Source of the DNA: the human T2T-CHM13v2.0 reference genome, Homo sapiens
NCBI RefSeq assembly: GCF_009914755.1
Contig: NC_060936.1
Strand: one strand, 5' to 3'
Length of the DNA: 64,000 nucleotides
Shown: positions 39,101-53,310 of the stretch, one piece after another
How positions within the stretch are numbered: the first letter of the stretch is position 1
Layout: every line of letters starts with the position of its first letter
Made by a program: the position numbers and the translations under genes
The notes under the pieces: generated by a model
What the model was told of the DNA's origin: nothing
What the model saw: the letters and a program-made list of their open reading frames with translations, nothing else
The model's database searches: none

Positions 39101-39435
39101 GCAGGCTGCAGAGGGCTTGATTGGGGGAGACAGCTCTCGACACTCACTTGCCCTCCATCTCAAATCAGAAAATACATAGACTGCATTTGTTCTCATAGCA
39201 TTGTCATATTTAGTTCAAACTAGTATCTCTATTTGTTTACATCTAATGCCTATTGGTTATAACAAACAGTCTACAAACAACAGTATTGGGAGCCTCAGCG
39301 GCAGGTATTCTTCAAGGTCTTTACATATGTCGTGTCATTTCGTCTACCTATCAACTTCCTGGGATAGACTTCATTATCTTCACTTTACAGATAAAGAAGT
39401 TGAGGCTCAGAAAGTTCAAGAATATGGCCAGAGTT

Positions 39436-39639
39436 GGACATGGAGAGTGGAATAATGGACACTGGAGACTCAGAAGGCGGAGGGTGGGAAGGCAATGAGG
39501 GATGAGGAATTACTCAATGGGCACAATATGCACTGTTTGGGTGATGGTCTCACTAAATGCCCAGCTTCACTGCTGTGAAATACATCCATGTAATAAACTG
39601 CATTTGTGCTCCCTAAATCTACAAAAATTACAAACAGAA
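39436..39639 (+). mobile_element. 5'-truncated L1PB/L1MA 3' end inserted in a MIR
   Basis: gagagtggaataatggacactggagactcagaagg...ccatgtaataaactgcatttgtg...ccctaaatcta; TSD-like aagaat(a/t)tg(g/c)ccagagt on both sides. Confidence 0.85.
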
Positions 39640-40179
39640 AAGAATTTGCCCAGAGTCCTTCAAAGTGACAAAGCTGGGATTCCAACCAAGCATAGCATTC
39701 TCAGTGAAGTCCCATGGTGGGTTTTTGTATTTGTTTTGAAGGGGGTGAATTCCTCCCTTTTTCACCCTCCACACTTTTTAGCTGTATGTTAGCAATCCAG
39801 GTCCTTTAAGAAATTCATTTTTATATCTTCAAATTTTCCTAATTAAATAAAGGTCAAAGATTGCACCAGGTGCTGAAATGGAGGTTTTGTAATTTGTAAA
39901 ATGTTTTCATCTATGTTGCCCTTGCTGGGTCCTCCTATGTTCCACTGAGCTTGGAAAGACATTGTTTTCTCCAGATGATTGATGAGGAAACTGAGGCAGA
40001 GAAGCAGACGTCATGTGATTAAATGGCATAGCCTGTGCTATGAATTTATCCTTTGCCTTTTGTCTCTCACTGACTACACTCAGGTGGCAAATGGTATCAC
40101 ATGAACATTCTTTGGTGCATAAAACTGAGGGAAAATGCCATTTAACTCTCCGAATGTTTCTGCCTTGGCATCCAATGCA

Positions 40180-40470
40180 ACTCATTCAAGAAACACGCAG
40201 TACCTAAGGTGTCCAGGTACTGGGAGTTCAAAGATGCCCAGCTCAGCCCTTAGGGAGCAAGTGGTGCACAGAAGGATGGACACAGGGGAGCTGAAGGTGC
40301 GACAGGGTGGTAAGTGGCATCCCAGAGGTGTGGCCAGAACAAGCCAGCTCCTGGGGTGGGGTTACTCATTGTGCCTAGGGCGAGGTGGAAGGAAGAGATG
40401 GCCCCACAGAGGAGGTGACATTGAGACTGGCTGTGGAGGTAGAACAGCATTTCTTTAGGGAAAGAAGGGC
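40180..40470 (-). mobile_element. L2 fragment (donor of the 85-bp duplicate)
   Basis: gtgtccaggtactggg...cagaggaggtgacattgag. Confidence 0.6.
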
Positions 40471-40489
40471 AGAGACAACAACATCAACA

Positions 40490-40690
40490 GGATCACTGGT
40501 TAAGTCTTTGCTATGTGCCAGGCCCTGTGTTAAGAACTTCAGAGATATTATTCATTTGCTACTTTCAATAACTCTATAAGGCATCAACTGGTATTAGGCC
40601 CATTTTATAGATGAGGAAATGAAGGCTTAGGGAGGATTTGCACCTAGGCAGTCCGATTCCAGCTCATTCTCTCAACCACCGCAGCACAGG
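40490..40690 (-). mobile_element. MIR SINE
   Basis: ctatgtgccaggccctgtg...cccattttatagatgaggaaatgaaggcttag. Confidence 0.8.
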
Positions 40691-40914
40691 GCAAGCACTC
40701 AAGCTAGAGAACAGAGCTTGAGCAACACCTCAGAGGTGTAAAGGTGCCTAGCTCACTCAAGGTGCAGGGTGGATGCAAGGAGGGAGGAGGGCATAGGCCT
40801 GAAAGGGGGGTGGGGCCAGTGTGCCATGGGCCTTGCGTGAGTTTATCTTCCCAGCAAAGTTAGATAGCAGTCATGTGATCCGATCTGATTGGGTCTGTGT
40901 TTCATCTAGATACT

Positions 40915-41125
40915 CTGGTGCCACAAACTCAGTGCCTACAGGGGGCCAGGCCCATAAGGCAAATGAGGCAAGCAGGCCAAGCGAGAAGGAGGGGATGTTT
41001 GGCAAAGCAAAATTTTATTTGAAATGTCCTGATTTTAAAATATAGGAGACTAATTCAGATTCCTTTTTTAGAACACTTTCAGGACCAAACAAACTATGTG
41101 TGTGGGCTGCAAGTTTGCTACTGCT
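40915..41125 (+). mobile_element. MER102-like hAT-Charlie element
   Basis: cacaaactcagtgcctacagggggccaggc...ggaccaaacaaa...gtgggctgcaagtttgc. Confidence 0.6.
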
Positions 41126-42608
41126 GACATGGAGGATGGATTGGAATAGAGAGAGCTCAGAGGCAAGGGGCTCAGTGTCAGGAGCCCATTGTAACAGTCT
41201 AGACAGAGGAAGAAGACTGGAGCATAGGCCACAGCATAGGGAGGAAGTGGAGGGGTCAGGCCTGAGATAGATTTTAAGTAGATTAAATAATATTAGTTGA
41301 CTTTGAATGTGGAGAGTGGGAGAGGGAGGAGTAAAGGTTGACCTGGTAGATGATGGAGCCATTCATTCATTTAATTTTTGGACAATTATTTATTGAGTAC
41401 CTACTATATCCAAGATATGGCCTGAGGAGCAGAGCTACCACAAGGAATAAGACACGATACCTTGCTGTGAAGAAGCTCTGAATCTACTACTGAGAAGGTC
41501 TGTTGAAAGATAAGGTCTGTTGAGAGATTTGGGGGCATGTAGGAAGAGCACCCACCCTAGTCTGAAGCAGCAGGGTGTTAGGGAAGGCTCTGCTGATGCA
41601 GGAGAAGTGCAGGTGTGAGAGAGAGGGGCACACATTGGATTTTGGATTTGTTGAGTTGGGTTTTAGCTACAGCCCAGGTTGTTCTGTGATCTGATACCAC
41701 TGCTCTGTGATGCTTTTAGTTTCATGACACGTTAAGAGTCCAGACAGCTTGCTCACTCATATGACACATTCCTTTCTTGAGGTCATGCATTCCCCGTATC
41801 CTCTTTTAAGATACTTGGCATACATGTGTATACTGCTGAGAGTGTAGCAGATGCTGGCGTTACTGTCAACGTCCATTTCTTTCCTGGGTCCCTGCCCACT
41901 TGTCATCCATCTTAGGTGTTGCAATATTTGCAAGGTGAACCTGGGCTTGTTTGTTTAGATTACTCATTGCTGTTGTGGAGAATGATCTGCTTTCTTTCAG
42001 GTATTATGATTATCATATGGTGGATTAATTAGGAGGAAGACACCCTGTGCAGTTCATCACTCCACCTCCTGTCTGAGAGTGCCACACATTCTTTATTCAA
42101 ACCTGGGCAAGGTTTTGCTTCATTCATTGAACACACATTTGTTGGGCACCCATCATGTGCCAGGCACTGTTCTAGGTGTTTGGGTTGCATTCGTGAACAA
42201 AGAAGGGCTCTTACCCTCATGCAGCCTTGCTTTCCTGCAGCCTAAATGATTTGTTCATGTTTATTTCTGTGTTGCTCTTTTGGGATGTGCACAGATGTGT
42301 GGCCCCCTCCCAGCCAGAAGAATGTTCCCACCAGTCCCCTCTCAAGTGAGGCTGTGTTCCCCATCATCTGAGGCTGTCCATTCTGTTCCCCTAATATGAA
42401 TTGTCTGCAGCATGGCAGCTCTTTACCTTGGCTGTTGAAATCTCCACTGTACCAAACAAAACCTTAAATACTTTGCCCAAGTTCTAAATATCACCGTTCC
42501 TCTATATACTCTGAAAACAATTTATGTTCTTCTGATAAGATAATTTAACTGTATCCTTAAACCAGACCCTTTATCCTTCCCATGGATCTACTCACCAGAT
42601 GCACACCT

Positions 42609-42676
42609 TCTGTCATAAAGCCCTTGTGGTCTTTTGTTCTCTGTCATAAAGCCCTTGTGGTCTTTTGTTCTCTGTC
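42609..42676. repeat. Perfect 31-bp tandem duplication
   Basis: tctgtcataaagcccttgtggtcttttgttc twice, plus tctgtc. Confidence 0.97.
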
Positions 42677-44279
42677 CTCAGCTAAAAGTCCTTCCTACGG
42701 GAAAGTGTTCAGATAGACCCAAAAGGGGCCTGGAACTCAGGCTTGAGCTGGTACACTGGTATGGATTTGGCAGAGCAGGATACTCAAGAAAACTTTTCTG
42801 GGGAGGTTGGTTTTCACCAGGTCACCTGGGATGCAAAGATAACCTGGGGATGAGGAGCCAAGAGGCCATTGCAGGGGTCATTTGGGCTGGGTGAGTGCCC
42901 TGCTCAAACAACAGGGGTGCAGAGACCTCTCGGAGTCATAAGCTGCTCTGTGAAGGTCTAGGAAGCTCTGGCTCGGATTGCTACCAACAGCAGTAGTTGA
43001 AAAAAAAACCACTCCTCATATCTGCAATTTCTTCATCTATTTGTACCATCCTTGATCTATGGCAGACACTTCATAGCTTCCAGGAGCCACGAAAAGGCAA
43101 GCATTGTAAAGGAAAGAGAAAAGTTAACAGCAAACAAAGAGTTAAAAACTCTAAGAAACTTAGATGCTGTTCTTTAATAGATCTGTGGCTTCGATCAAGC
43201 AAGTAGGCTTCCCTGAGCCTTGATTTTACCTGCCCAGTAAGATTTTTTTAAAAGGTTGGAATAGGAGCAGTGTGTGTGCATAAGATGCTATGCAAGTAGA
43301 AGTTGTTTTTTGCTGCTGTTGTGATTATTATTTTTACTTTTAGCAGGCTTCCCTCCTAAAGCCTACATTAATCTGGACCTGGATCTTTGGGGCTACTCCA
43401 AGGGTTGTCCCTCTGTGGCCAAGGACAGTCCAACAGCCATTACCCAGTGAGCGACCCCCTGTCCTGCCCATCAATCAGCCAGCACTGGGCTGAGGAATCT
43501 GTGCAGCTGTGGCCTTGCCACCAGCTAGGAGGGACCTTGCACTTTCTTGCTTCTGCACCAAGGCTGGAAATTCCTTGGCAGGGGCTCCACCAGCATAGAC
43601 TTGCCTGTTTCACTGCACCCAGGGTGCTGAAGGAACCCCACCATACCAGGATATAGGGAACTATAAGCTCATTAGGGACAATTCACTAGCATACCTCCTG
43701 CTGCCCTGCAGAGCTCTGTGTGGGCTCCAGCCTGTGGAACTGACTAGAGTCACATGCTGAGCTGTGGGAATTGAGGCATAAAGTGAGGTTCAAATGATGC
43801 CAGGAGTCTGAAATTTTGGGAAATGAATGTGCTGGAACTGAAAATGCTAATGGAGTAGTCTGGGGAGATTTAGCCAGAACTAAGGGATCTTTAAAAGATC
43901 AGATTCCTGGCAACAACTCAGCCCTATGTCTTTAAAGTTAGGCAGCCTCCTTTGGCTTCTTGTTCTCAGATGAAAGATCAGAAGGACAGCAATATGAACT
44001 GTCAATCATTGCTCATGACATAAAAAGAGAAGGAAAGAGGCCAGAGAGAGCTGGTTGGCATCCATTAACACAGGCTTCGCCTAAGTTTTTAGATTTGGGA
44101 AAGTGACCATATAATATTAATACTAGAGGGGACCCTCAAGATCATGAGAAATGACCCCATGGAAGAAACTGAGACCTGGAGTGCTTAAGTAAGCTTTCTA
44201 AGATTGCACACCATTGAGTGATATGATCAGTGCTGTACACCAGTCCAATGGATGGGAAACAGAATAGTTAATAAGGCGG

Positions 44280-44700
44280 CAAATATGTCATTACATGTAC
44301 AGATATGTTACGTACAGGAGTTCCACCATGGTATTGTTTATCATAGCAAACAATTGAAGCAGCATAAATATCTATTATCCACTAATAAAGAATTGCTTAA
44401 ATGCCTTATGGTATATGCACTCAGTGGAATACTACATAGTCATTACGAATAATGATGTCGATCTACATTTATTGACATGGGGTGCTGAGGGGCTTAGCTA
44501 GAGGGACACATAAATTTTGGTATGTAATAATAATGGATGTCAATGCAGCATGCACATCGTTTTGGGTAAAATTTCATATGCGTATATGAATACATATATA
44601 TGAAAGAATGTTTATAATAATTACCCAAGATGTGAGGTTTTGGATAATTTTAACTTTTTTATTTACACTTCCATGCATTGTTGGAATTTTGTTTGAAGAT
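44280..44700 (+). mobile_element. L1ME-like 3' fragment
   Basis: ttgtttatcatagcaaa...atggtatatgcactcagtggaatactac...gatctacatttattgacatgg. Confidence 0.7.
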
Positions 44701-45257
44701 AATATATTATTTTTTATAATCAGAAATCGAACAGTAAAAGGACTTCCTCTTTTTTTGGTCATGGAACTCCATGTGCAGTTTCAGAGCTTCCCAGGATGGT
44801 GGGAGTGAATTTCCACACCCAGTTGGTTTATAGTTGCTTTCCTCAATAATAGGCAAGTGCTGCCCAGCACACAATCCAGGGGATGGCCATTCAGAGAGCA
44901 TGGTGCCTTGGATCTTCCAATGAAAGTTGCTGGTGCAGGAAGTAGATTAAGATGTCCCCAGAACTTCAAGATAAAGTCTCTTTTGAAGAGTAAAAGTTGG
45001 AATGAATGGAATGGTTGCTTTGAGCTTCTGTGGAGGTGACTACCTTTAAAATAGTCACAAATGGGTGGCAGGAGAGATTTAGGAACCCCCTACCTCTAAT
45101 TAAGATGACCGGGTATAGTCACAGGCAAGCATGACTAGAGTGGAATTATAGCTGGAAAGGTGAGACTGAATCAATTGCATTGCCTAGCACTGTAATTTGG
45201 CTGAGGACATAGTATGTTAACCAAAGAGGGCTGATCAGCAACATGTCCCGAAAAGAG

Positions 45258-45321
45258 AGCTTTGTGTGTTCGTCAGAGTTTATCTAGCTTTGTGTGTTCG
45301 TCAGAGTTTATCTAGCTTTGT
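45258..45321. repeat. Perfect 28-bp tandem duplication
   Basis: agctttgtgtgttcgtcagagtttatct twice, plus agctttgt. Confidence 0.97.
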
Positions 45322-46677
45322 CCAAGGAAGAATAGCTGTAAATCCTGTGGCCATGGACTCTGCCAGGTTAAGAGCATTGAAGTTCCTCCCTACACATCAT
45401 CCTACAAGAAGAGGCTGGACCTGGCATCTGTGTTTGGAATGGCAAAGGCCAACTTTTGTGCATGTGCATGTCTCAAAGGGTGGAAAGAGGTCTCGTTTCA
45501 TCCTGTAATATTTTTTTAAAAATTGACCAATTATCCTAAAATTTAACCAGGATGCATATTCCGTTTTCCAGTGAGGCTGAATAATCAAGTCACTCTACTT
45601 AGTACTTGTTTATTTGTTTGTTTCCACCAAGAACCAATTTGTGTCTTTGAAAGTGCTAACTTGGTCTCAAAGATTACTCTGGCTCATCTCTGGGTCTCGT
45701 GTGTTTTGTGGACCACACAGTCTCATGGGGAATGTGCTTTAGGATTCTTAGGCTGGACCACTTGGCTTTGTGCCCCTTCCATGGCAGTTTTTCTCAGGCA
45801 AATTTAAAGACATGTACTAACTACTTTCCCCACAGCTATGGTGGCTTAGCTAGATGGGTGCTCTGACCATGCGGCATCTGAGTTTGAGGAACCGAGATCC
45901 CATTACTCGGTTATTTGACACTTCATTGATTGAATGTACTACATTTTAATTGAATGCCTACTATGTAGCCAGCATCTGCTTACTGGACCTGCTGCTCACT
46001 GTATGCAAAGGAAGGGCTAATCACTCTTTATTTCTTATGAATATTCAGTTCTTTACCTGAAATGGTCCATTAAGCAGTAAGAACAATGCACTCAGTAACA
46101 GGAGAGCTAAGGTACAAAAGAAAAACATTTATTCAGTATACCTTTAATATCTGTCTTCTAGTATTACAGCTGGCATTGGCTGGAGAAAGGATCTCTTCAT
46201 TTTTCATTTTGGCTACAATTGCTTCTTACTTATTTTCTTGTTATTCTTCTCCCGCCATAAAGCTGTATCCACACTGGAAATGGCTCAGCTCCCTTTGTCA
46301 GCCATTTGGATCAGTCACGCATATCCCAACTGCCTGAAAAAACTGGGTTCAGCAATTAGTATCAATCTGGTAACTGTCTAATGTGGCAAGGGTGGCTCAT
46401 TTCTCCTGCAAGTTTAGATGTCATTGTTGACATCACCACTTCTCCTCTCTAGCCACATGCCACTTTCCTCTCTGTTCCACCAAAAGTGTCAGGCCATGGC
46501 CCATATTCTAGAAAGGCTCTTGGTATTTCATCAGTGTTCTCTTTCCTAAGCAGTTTAAGGACCAGCTAGCTAAGAGACCAGAAAGTGGGGTACTAGGAGG
46601 ATTTTAGAGACTTCTCATTTTGTGAAACTATATTAAAATTACATCTTACTGAGAGGAATTTAAGAAAGTAAGCAATA

Positions 46678-47440
<763 letters not shown>

Positions 47441-48443
47441 AGAAAGCCAGAAGAAAGCCTGAGAGAGAAATAGAGAGAGGAGTGTTGGAGAAAGAAAGAA
47501 AGGAAAGGGAAGGAATACAACATTTCTGGTAAATTCTCAAATTTCAAAGAGGAGTTGTGAGGAACAAACATTCCTTTGACTTGGGAAGATACTGTGTAAC
47601 TTTTTCCCCCATTCTATTTACCTTCCAAGCAGTGTGTGCTAATATTAATATTGACATCCCTGTTCATATAATAGCTTTGGGGAACATGTTGCATAGTTTG
47701 GGATTCTTTTCGGTTAACTGAGTTTGAACAAAAACAAGTTCAAGCTATTATTAGTTTTCTTTTCTGTGGGCTGTAGGGGCCAGACCTGCCTTAGGAGACT
47801 TCTTGTATCAGTCATTAAAAGCCTTCGTTTCATGCATTCATTAAAATGTTTACGCCGGTTCAAACTTGAAAATCTGCCCCAAATGGCAACGTGCCAGAAG
47901 TTGATTCTTGTTGCTTCCGAAAAAGGGGAAAATATCCCTTTGCTGGAGTAACATTTGCACTGGGTGAGAGAGACATTCCCTCCCAAGAATATATGGCTTT
48001 ATTGAGTGAGGTCAAATGAAACTTTGTCCGGTTCTTTGCCCATGCAGAAAATGAATGTGTCTAATTTACCTTCCAAATGGGGGAAATGGGAGCAGAAAGG
48101 CAGCTTACTCGACATTGTTTGGAAAGACCATATAAACGCCAGGGGAGCTGTATCTCCAGCCCCATGTGGTTTTAGGCCCTGAACCGTTTACTGTCTGTAG
48201 TCTCAAAATTGTCTGCTCATAGCCAAAGGAACACTCAGGCTTAACGAGTTAATCACATCCAGAGGCACAAAAAGCTAGAACTTCAGCCAGAACAGATCCA
48301 ATTGCTTTCCCAGACTGGATAACTTTGTTTTATAAAATAAGCTCAGTGATATTTCAAGGGTTAATTATAAGTCTTTAGAAATCCTGGACTTGCATTCATC
48401 TTTTAAAAATATTTACACAACTTGGCTTTCTATGGCACCACTC

Positions 48444-48506
48444 TGTGTGTGCATGTGTGCATGTGTGTGTGCGTGCATGTGTTTTTGCATGTGTGCATGG
48501 GTGTGT
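48444..48506. repeat. Degenerate (TG/CATG)n repeat
   Basis: tgtgtgtgcatgtgtgcatgtgtg... Confidence 0.85.
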
Positions 48507-49389
48507 TTTCACAGCTCAATGCATTTAATATTTTCTCTCCAAACCTAGACATCTCCAAAAGCACACAGGAAGGTGAGATTTATCAGACCCATTTGGAAGG
48601 TGATGCTGTCTACTCACTTTAAGGTGAAATGGAGGCAGGCAGATGCCTCGCTCACAGCCACTGCCAGGTAGTAGGCGTGGAAACTGGGCCTCCTGCTTTC
48701 TGGGTCCTGTTTTGAAGCCCCTCCCTGAGTCCAGCGTCTCTCTTTGTGAAATCCATGGAAATCCAGATAGACTGAAGGATTCCTCTACTCAAGTACTTTA
48801 AGAAAAGTTCCTGATTTTTCCCCTTGTTAAGCCCGAGAAGGAGGTGGGAGGGAGAATGCCTCCCCTCTGCTATTCCTTGGCTCCAGGTTTCTCTTTAAGA
48901 AATGCAATCAGACCACATACTCCTCAGCATCTGAGAACACTTCCTCTGGAGTCCAGTTCTCCTTTCCAGGCAGCTGAGGGAAGAGAGACTTTAAAACTGG
49001 CAGAGGGCATCAGGGGTGAAAGGCAACCCTGAGAGTAGGAAAAGGCCAGGGAGACAGGCCGATTCCAGCAGGGGAGACTGGCCCATCTGGAGCGCCAGCA
49101 CATGCCTGGGGATTTCCTGGCCTCACCTGCAGACACCCTCCCCTCCCTGAGGGTTGGGATGCTCAGAGATCACAGGGACTCTCAACCCACTGCTGGGAGT
49201 GGCCCCTCTCAGACAGGCATTTTTATTATCAAATGAGCAATGAGAGAGGGGAGAGGTGAGGAACTCTATGAGAAACATGCAGTCTTTTATCACGTCATCA
49301 GTTTTCAGTGAGAAAATCCAGACCTTCTTACTTTTACAGAGATAGAATTCAGTTCTCAGGGACTTGTGAAGATGCAGCATCATCAAATC

Positions 49390-49391
<2 letters not shown>

Positions 49392-49430
<39 letters not shown>
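49392..49430. repeat. (TG)n microsatellite
   Basis: Directly visible. Confidence 0.97.
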
Positions 49431-49431
<1 letters not shown>

Positions 49432-49964
49432 GTGTTTTCCTTATCATCCACCTTAGAAAATATTCTCCACATTCCCATGTTAAAATATTTTTTCCTAAAA
49501 TCCATCCATCCACATGCCAACATCCTAAAGACAGTAATATAGGTTCATTGCAGAGGATTTGGAAAATACAGAATTGTGACCAGAACAAACTAAACTGCAT
49601 CCATAATTGTATCATCGAATTTGATCAACATTTTGGTGAATAGCCACCAGTCTGTTTTCTATCTTTTTAGGGAATATAAGTTCCAAGAGGCAGGGATGTC
49701 ATTCACTTCTGTGACTCAGTGCTCTGAATCAGGCCCAGTGAAGACTGACGTGCAGCCTGTATTGGCAGAATGAATGAATAAATACTACACACGCATATTT
49801 TGAATTGAAATAAGTTGTCAGGGTGCAGCAGAGAATAACAGAAATAGAATTGCTTGGATGTGCTGACCTAGATCCAAGCTGCTACTGGTAACGTACTGTA
49901 TCTCCTTGAATAAGTCACTTCACCTCTCTGGGCCTGAGCTGCTTCTTCAGTAAAATAATCCTTG

Positions 49965-50175
49965 TAGCTAAGATTTGTTGAGCGCTCACTATGCACACTG
50001 CCATGAGCCCCTATATGTGTATTTCTCATCATAGCTCTATGAGTTACATACCTGCCATCTCCATTTTATGCATGAGAAAATAGGCATGGAGAAGTTAAGT
50101 GGTTTGCCTAAAGTCACACAGCAAATTTGTGGAGAGCTGGGCTTGAACTCAGGCATCTGGGCTTTTACTCTCTCC
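49965..50175 (-). mobile_element. MIR SINE
   Basis: ttgttgagcgctcactatg...ctccattttatgcatgagaaaa...cctaaagtcacacagc. Confidence 0.8.
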
Positions 50176-50749
50176 AGTGGAATGCCTGGGCTGTGGGATG
50201 AGATGACTTCACAGGCCTCTCCCAGCTCCAGAGTTGAGAGAGAGAGAGGAGTGGTGCAGGGAGGTAGTAGGGATGATTATGCTACTGGCCAAGTTCAAGA
50301 AAGTCAATTGTAGAACAAGGTCCAGCTGATTATTACAGAGAGCAAAGTTCTTAACTAGAGGACTTCCTCCTGGAATGTGGAGAGTCCACACGGGCACTAG
50401 CAGAGCATAATGAAAGACCAGGAATTCTCTGCTGTTCAATCAGTGCTCCATCACTCAGAGGCAGGGCTGCAAGAGCTCCTAGTGTGTCCCCTTCGCCTTC
50501 AGGGCCTCCCTGTACAGCCACCCACAGGACAGTGCACCAGGGTCAGGCAGGGAAGTAAATAAAAAAAGGAATCTGATAATTCCTGACAGTGAGCAGCAGC
50601 TGATGCTTTTAATGGGGGAGGAAGACTGGGAATCTCGCTTGATGATGACCTAGGACTTCAGTCAGCAGGACACTGGCCCCTTTCCTCCCCCTCCCAGGCT
50701 GAAACCTTGTGTTTTGCCTTATGTCCATGGTAACCAAGTCTCCTTTTTG

Positions 50750-51060
50750 GTGAGGAGGAATGGGCTTCAGTAAACAGATCTATTTGTGTGATCCTGTTAC
50801 TCATTTGAAGCAATGTCCCTCCTTTTTTCCACTGTGGTCTGTGTGTCTGAGTCAGAGAGAGCCTACAACAGGGTTCTTTGAATTGATGGCTCACTCCCAG
50901 CCACTCTTGACTGACTGCCAGCTTAGCAGGGCGTAGCTTACCAACAAATCTTTTTTTTTTTTTAAAGCCAGACTGATTCATAGAAACTCCTTTAAAACAC
51001 GGTGAAAAGAAACCGCCCATTACACACCCCAGTACACCAGCAGAGGAAACTTATAACCTC
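50750..51060 (+). promoter_or_regulatory. EMP1: EMP1 proximal promoter (non-CpG-island)
   Basis: TEAD-like GGAATG 50757, RUNX TGTGGT 50833, AP-1 TGAGTCA 50848-50854, AP-1-like TGATTCA 50974-50980, TATA-like TTTAAAA 50991 and TTATAA 51051, directly upstream of the recognised exon 1. Confidence 0.75.
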
Positions 51061-51168
51061 GGGAGGCAGGTCCTTCCCCTCAGTGCGGTCACATACTTCC
51101 AGAAGAGCGGACCAGGGCTGCTGCCAGCACCTGCCACTCAGAGCGCCTCTGTCGCTGGGACCCTTCAG
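51022..51168 (+). other. EMP1: EMP1 exon 1 (non-coding 5' UTR)
   Basis: ACACACCCCAGTACACCAGCAGAGGAAACTTATAACC...CTCTGTCGCTGGGACCCTTCAG matches my recollection of the EMP1 mRNA 5' UTR; it ends at donor CAG|gtagga and has no ATG; the start position is approximate. Confidence 0.85.
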
Positions 51169-51349
51169 GTAGGACAGCTCCCAACGCTGTGGGGACTCTC
51201 AGCAAAACTTCTCCTTCCTTTCCACGGCTCTGCTTCTTCTGACCTCATCTTAGTTTTGCTTTTTCTTTTCTTCCTTCGCTATTTTTCTATGATCCTCTAA
51301 GAACCAAGTCCTTGAAACTTTTGGCTCAAAGTGGATACAGAGACAACTT

Positions 51350-51364
51350 TTTCTAGAAAGTTCA
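51350..51364. promoter_or_regulatory. Perfect three-unit heat shock element
   Basis: tTTCtaGAAagTTCa fits nTTCnnGAAnnTTCn. Confidence 0.5.
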
Positions 51365-51789
51365 GAAAAGTGTATTTTGAGGACGGAGTCTGGGGAAATC
51401 AATGGGATGGGGCTAAAATCGTGCCTGGCAGTGACCGGGTTCTTGTTCTAGGATGTGGAGGGAGCAGGGACTTTGAAACAAACTGGGATAGGATCCTGTT
51501 TATGGAGGAAACACCACACACCTTGGAAATGACATCGGGAACTGGCCAGATGTTTTTCACCTCCTCCGTTTTGATTCCGATTGCTTCAGGACTTGAACTG
51601 TTACTCCGCTCGCTGGTTGTTGGTTGGGATTTTTTGGGTGGTGGTGGATAGATAACTGGTTTTCAGTTTATTTTTGACATTGCTTTTCCTGCCTGTTTGC
51701 TTCCCTATTCACTTCTGTTTAAATTTAAGTATTTTTTTTCTCCTCACAGGATGGGAAGAGGGGGATTGGTTTGTTTAAAGAAAACTGTT

Positions 51790-52150
<361 letters not shown>

Positions 52151-53310
52151 TTAAATGAAACGTGGGAGGGGTTCACTTGGTCGAAGCAGGAGCTGATGAG
52201 GATTCCAGATGCCTTCTCTTGGCCAGATGTGGAGGGCGGGGGAGGCAAAAGGGAAGCTGGGTTTGGAGAAGAGGGTGGGGCAGGAGAACTTCATCTGTGC
52301 CTGTTAAAAATTGTTGAGTGGCTTTGTGCTTTCACCCCAGAAAGAGCTGCCTTTCAGTGCTGAGTGAAAAGATGGCATACCAGAAACGATAAAAGAACTT
52401 TTAAAAGAAAGTGGATGTGGAATTTCTTTGCATGGAAGGCAGTGATTGTTTTGAAATGCTTATCTTTTCTCTTGTTCCCGAAATGTGATTGTATAAATGC
52501 AAACACTCATGCTAATCATGAAATCTGGAGGAATGAAGAAGGGTGCTTTTTCTTTTTTTTCTTTTTTTCTTTTTTTCGGTTAGCATTTTGGGTGAGTGTC
52601 TACCGAGGTGTGGCCCATTTCAACATAGACACTGGTATATTTTTTCCCCAAGTAAACAAGATGAGAATGACAGGATTCAGCTTGTCTGACAAAGTTAGGC
52701 TTTTCCTTTAGAAAGGCAGTACGTTGGGAGAGAAGTTACATGTAATCAACCCTGTGTTGAGCAGGCAATGCTCCTTGTAAAACTGCCCCAAGGGGGACGA
52801 TTGAGTAGGCATCAGGGCAACTTTTCAAGATGAAGGGAACTCCTACATTTGCTTCACATGTTTATTATTTCCACATTACATGGATGTGGATTAGCCATTA
52901 TTAAATCAATAGTGTTAATATCCTGTGAAAATTATACAAATCTTTTAGTTCTGTGCAGGTTAAAACTAATAACCAGTCAACACACGGAAAGCCCTGACAA
53001 TGTTGGGAGTGTAAACCATCATGAACTGCATTATTTGTGGCAAGGTTTCACATGATACTATAGGTTTATAAAGGAGAAAATATGCTACATGTTACTTCCT
53101 GGAGTTTGAAGACAATTTAGAAAAATACCGTTCTGATTCCTGCTCTCTGCTCTTCCTCCAAGAAGTAGTGAAAGAGTCCCTTAGCTGTGAGAGTTTTTCT
53201 GGATTTCAGCTTTGACAATCCCGAAATGTGAGGGTTATTTTTCCCCCCCACTCTGCCCGCTGCCTCCCACCCTCAGGGGCAGATCCAATTCCACCCAGAC
53301 TCCGAAGAAT

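Noticed and set aside
41985-42006. Polypyrimidine-AG|GT recursive-splice-like motif
   Set aside because: Upstream of the EMP1 TSS, with no evidence of a host intron.
50700-51700. CpG island at the EMP1 promoter
   Set aside because: Only scattered CpGs; by eye the density is below island level.
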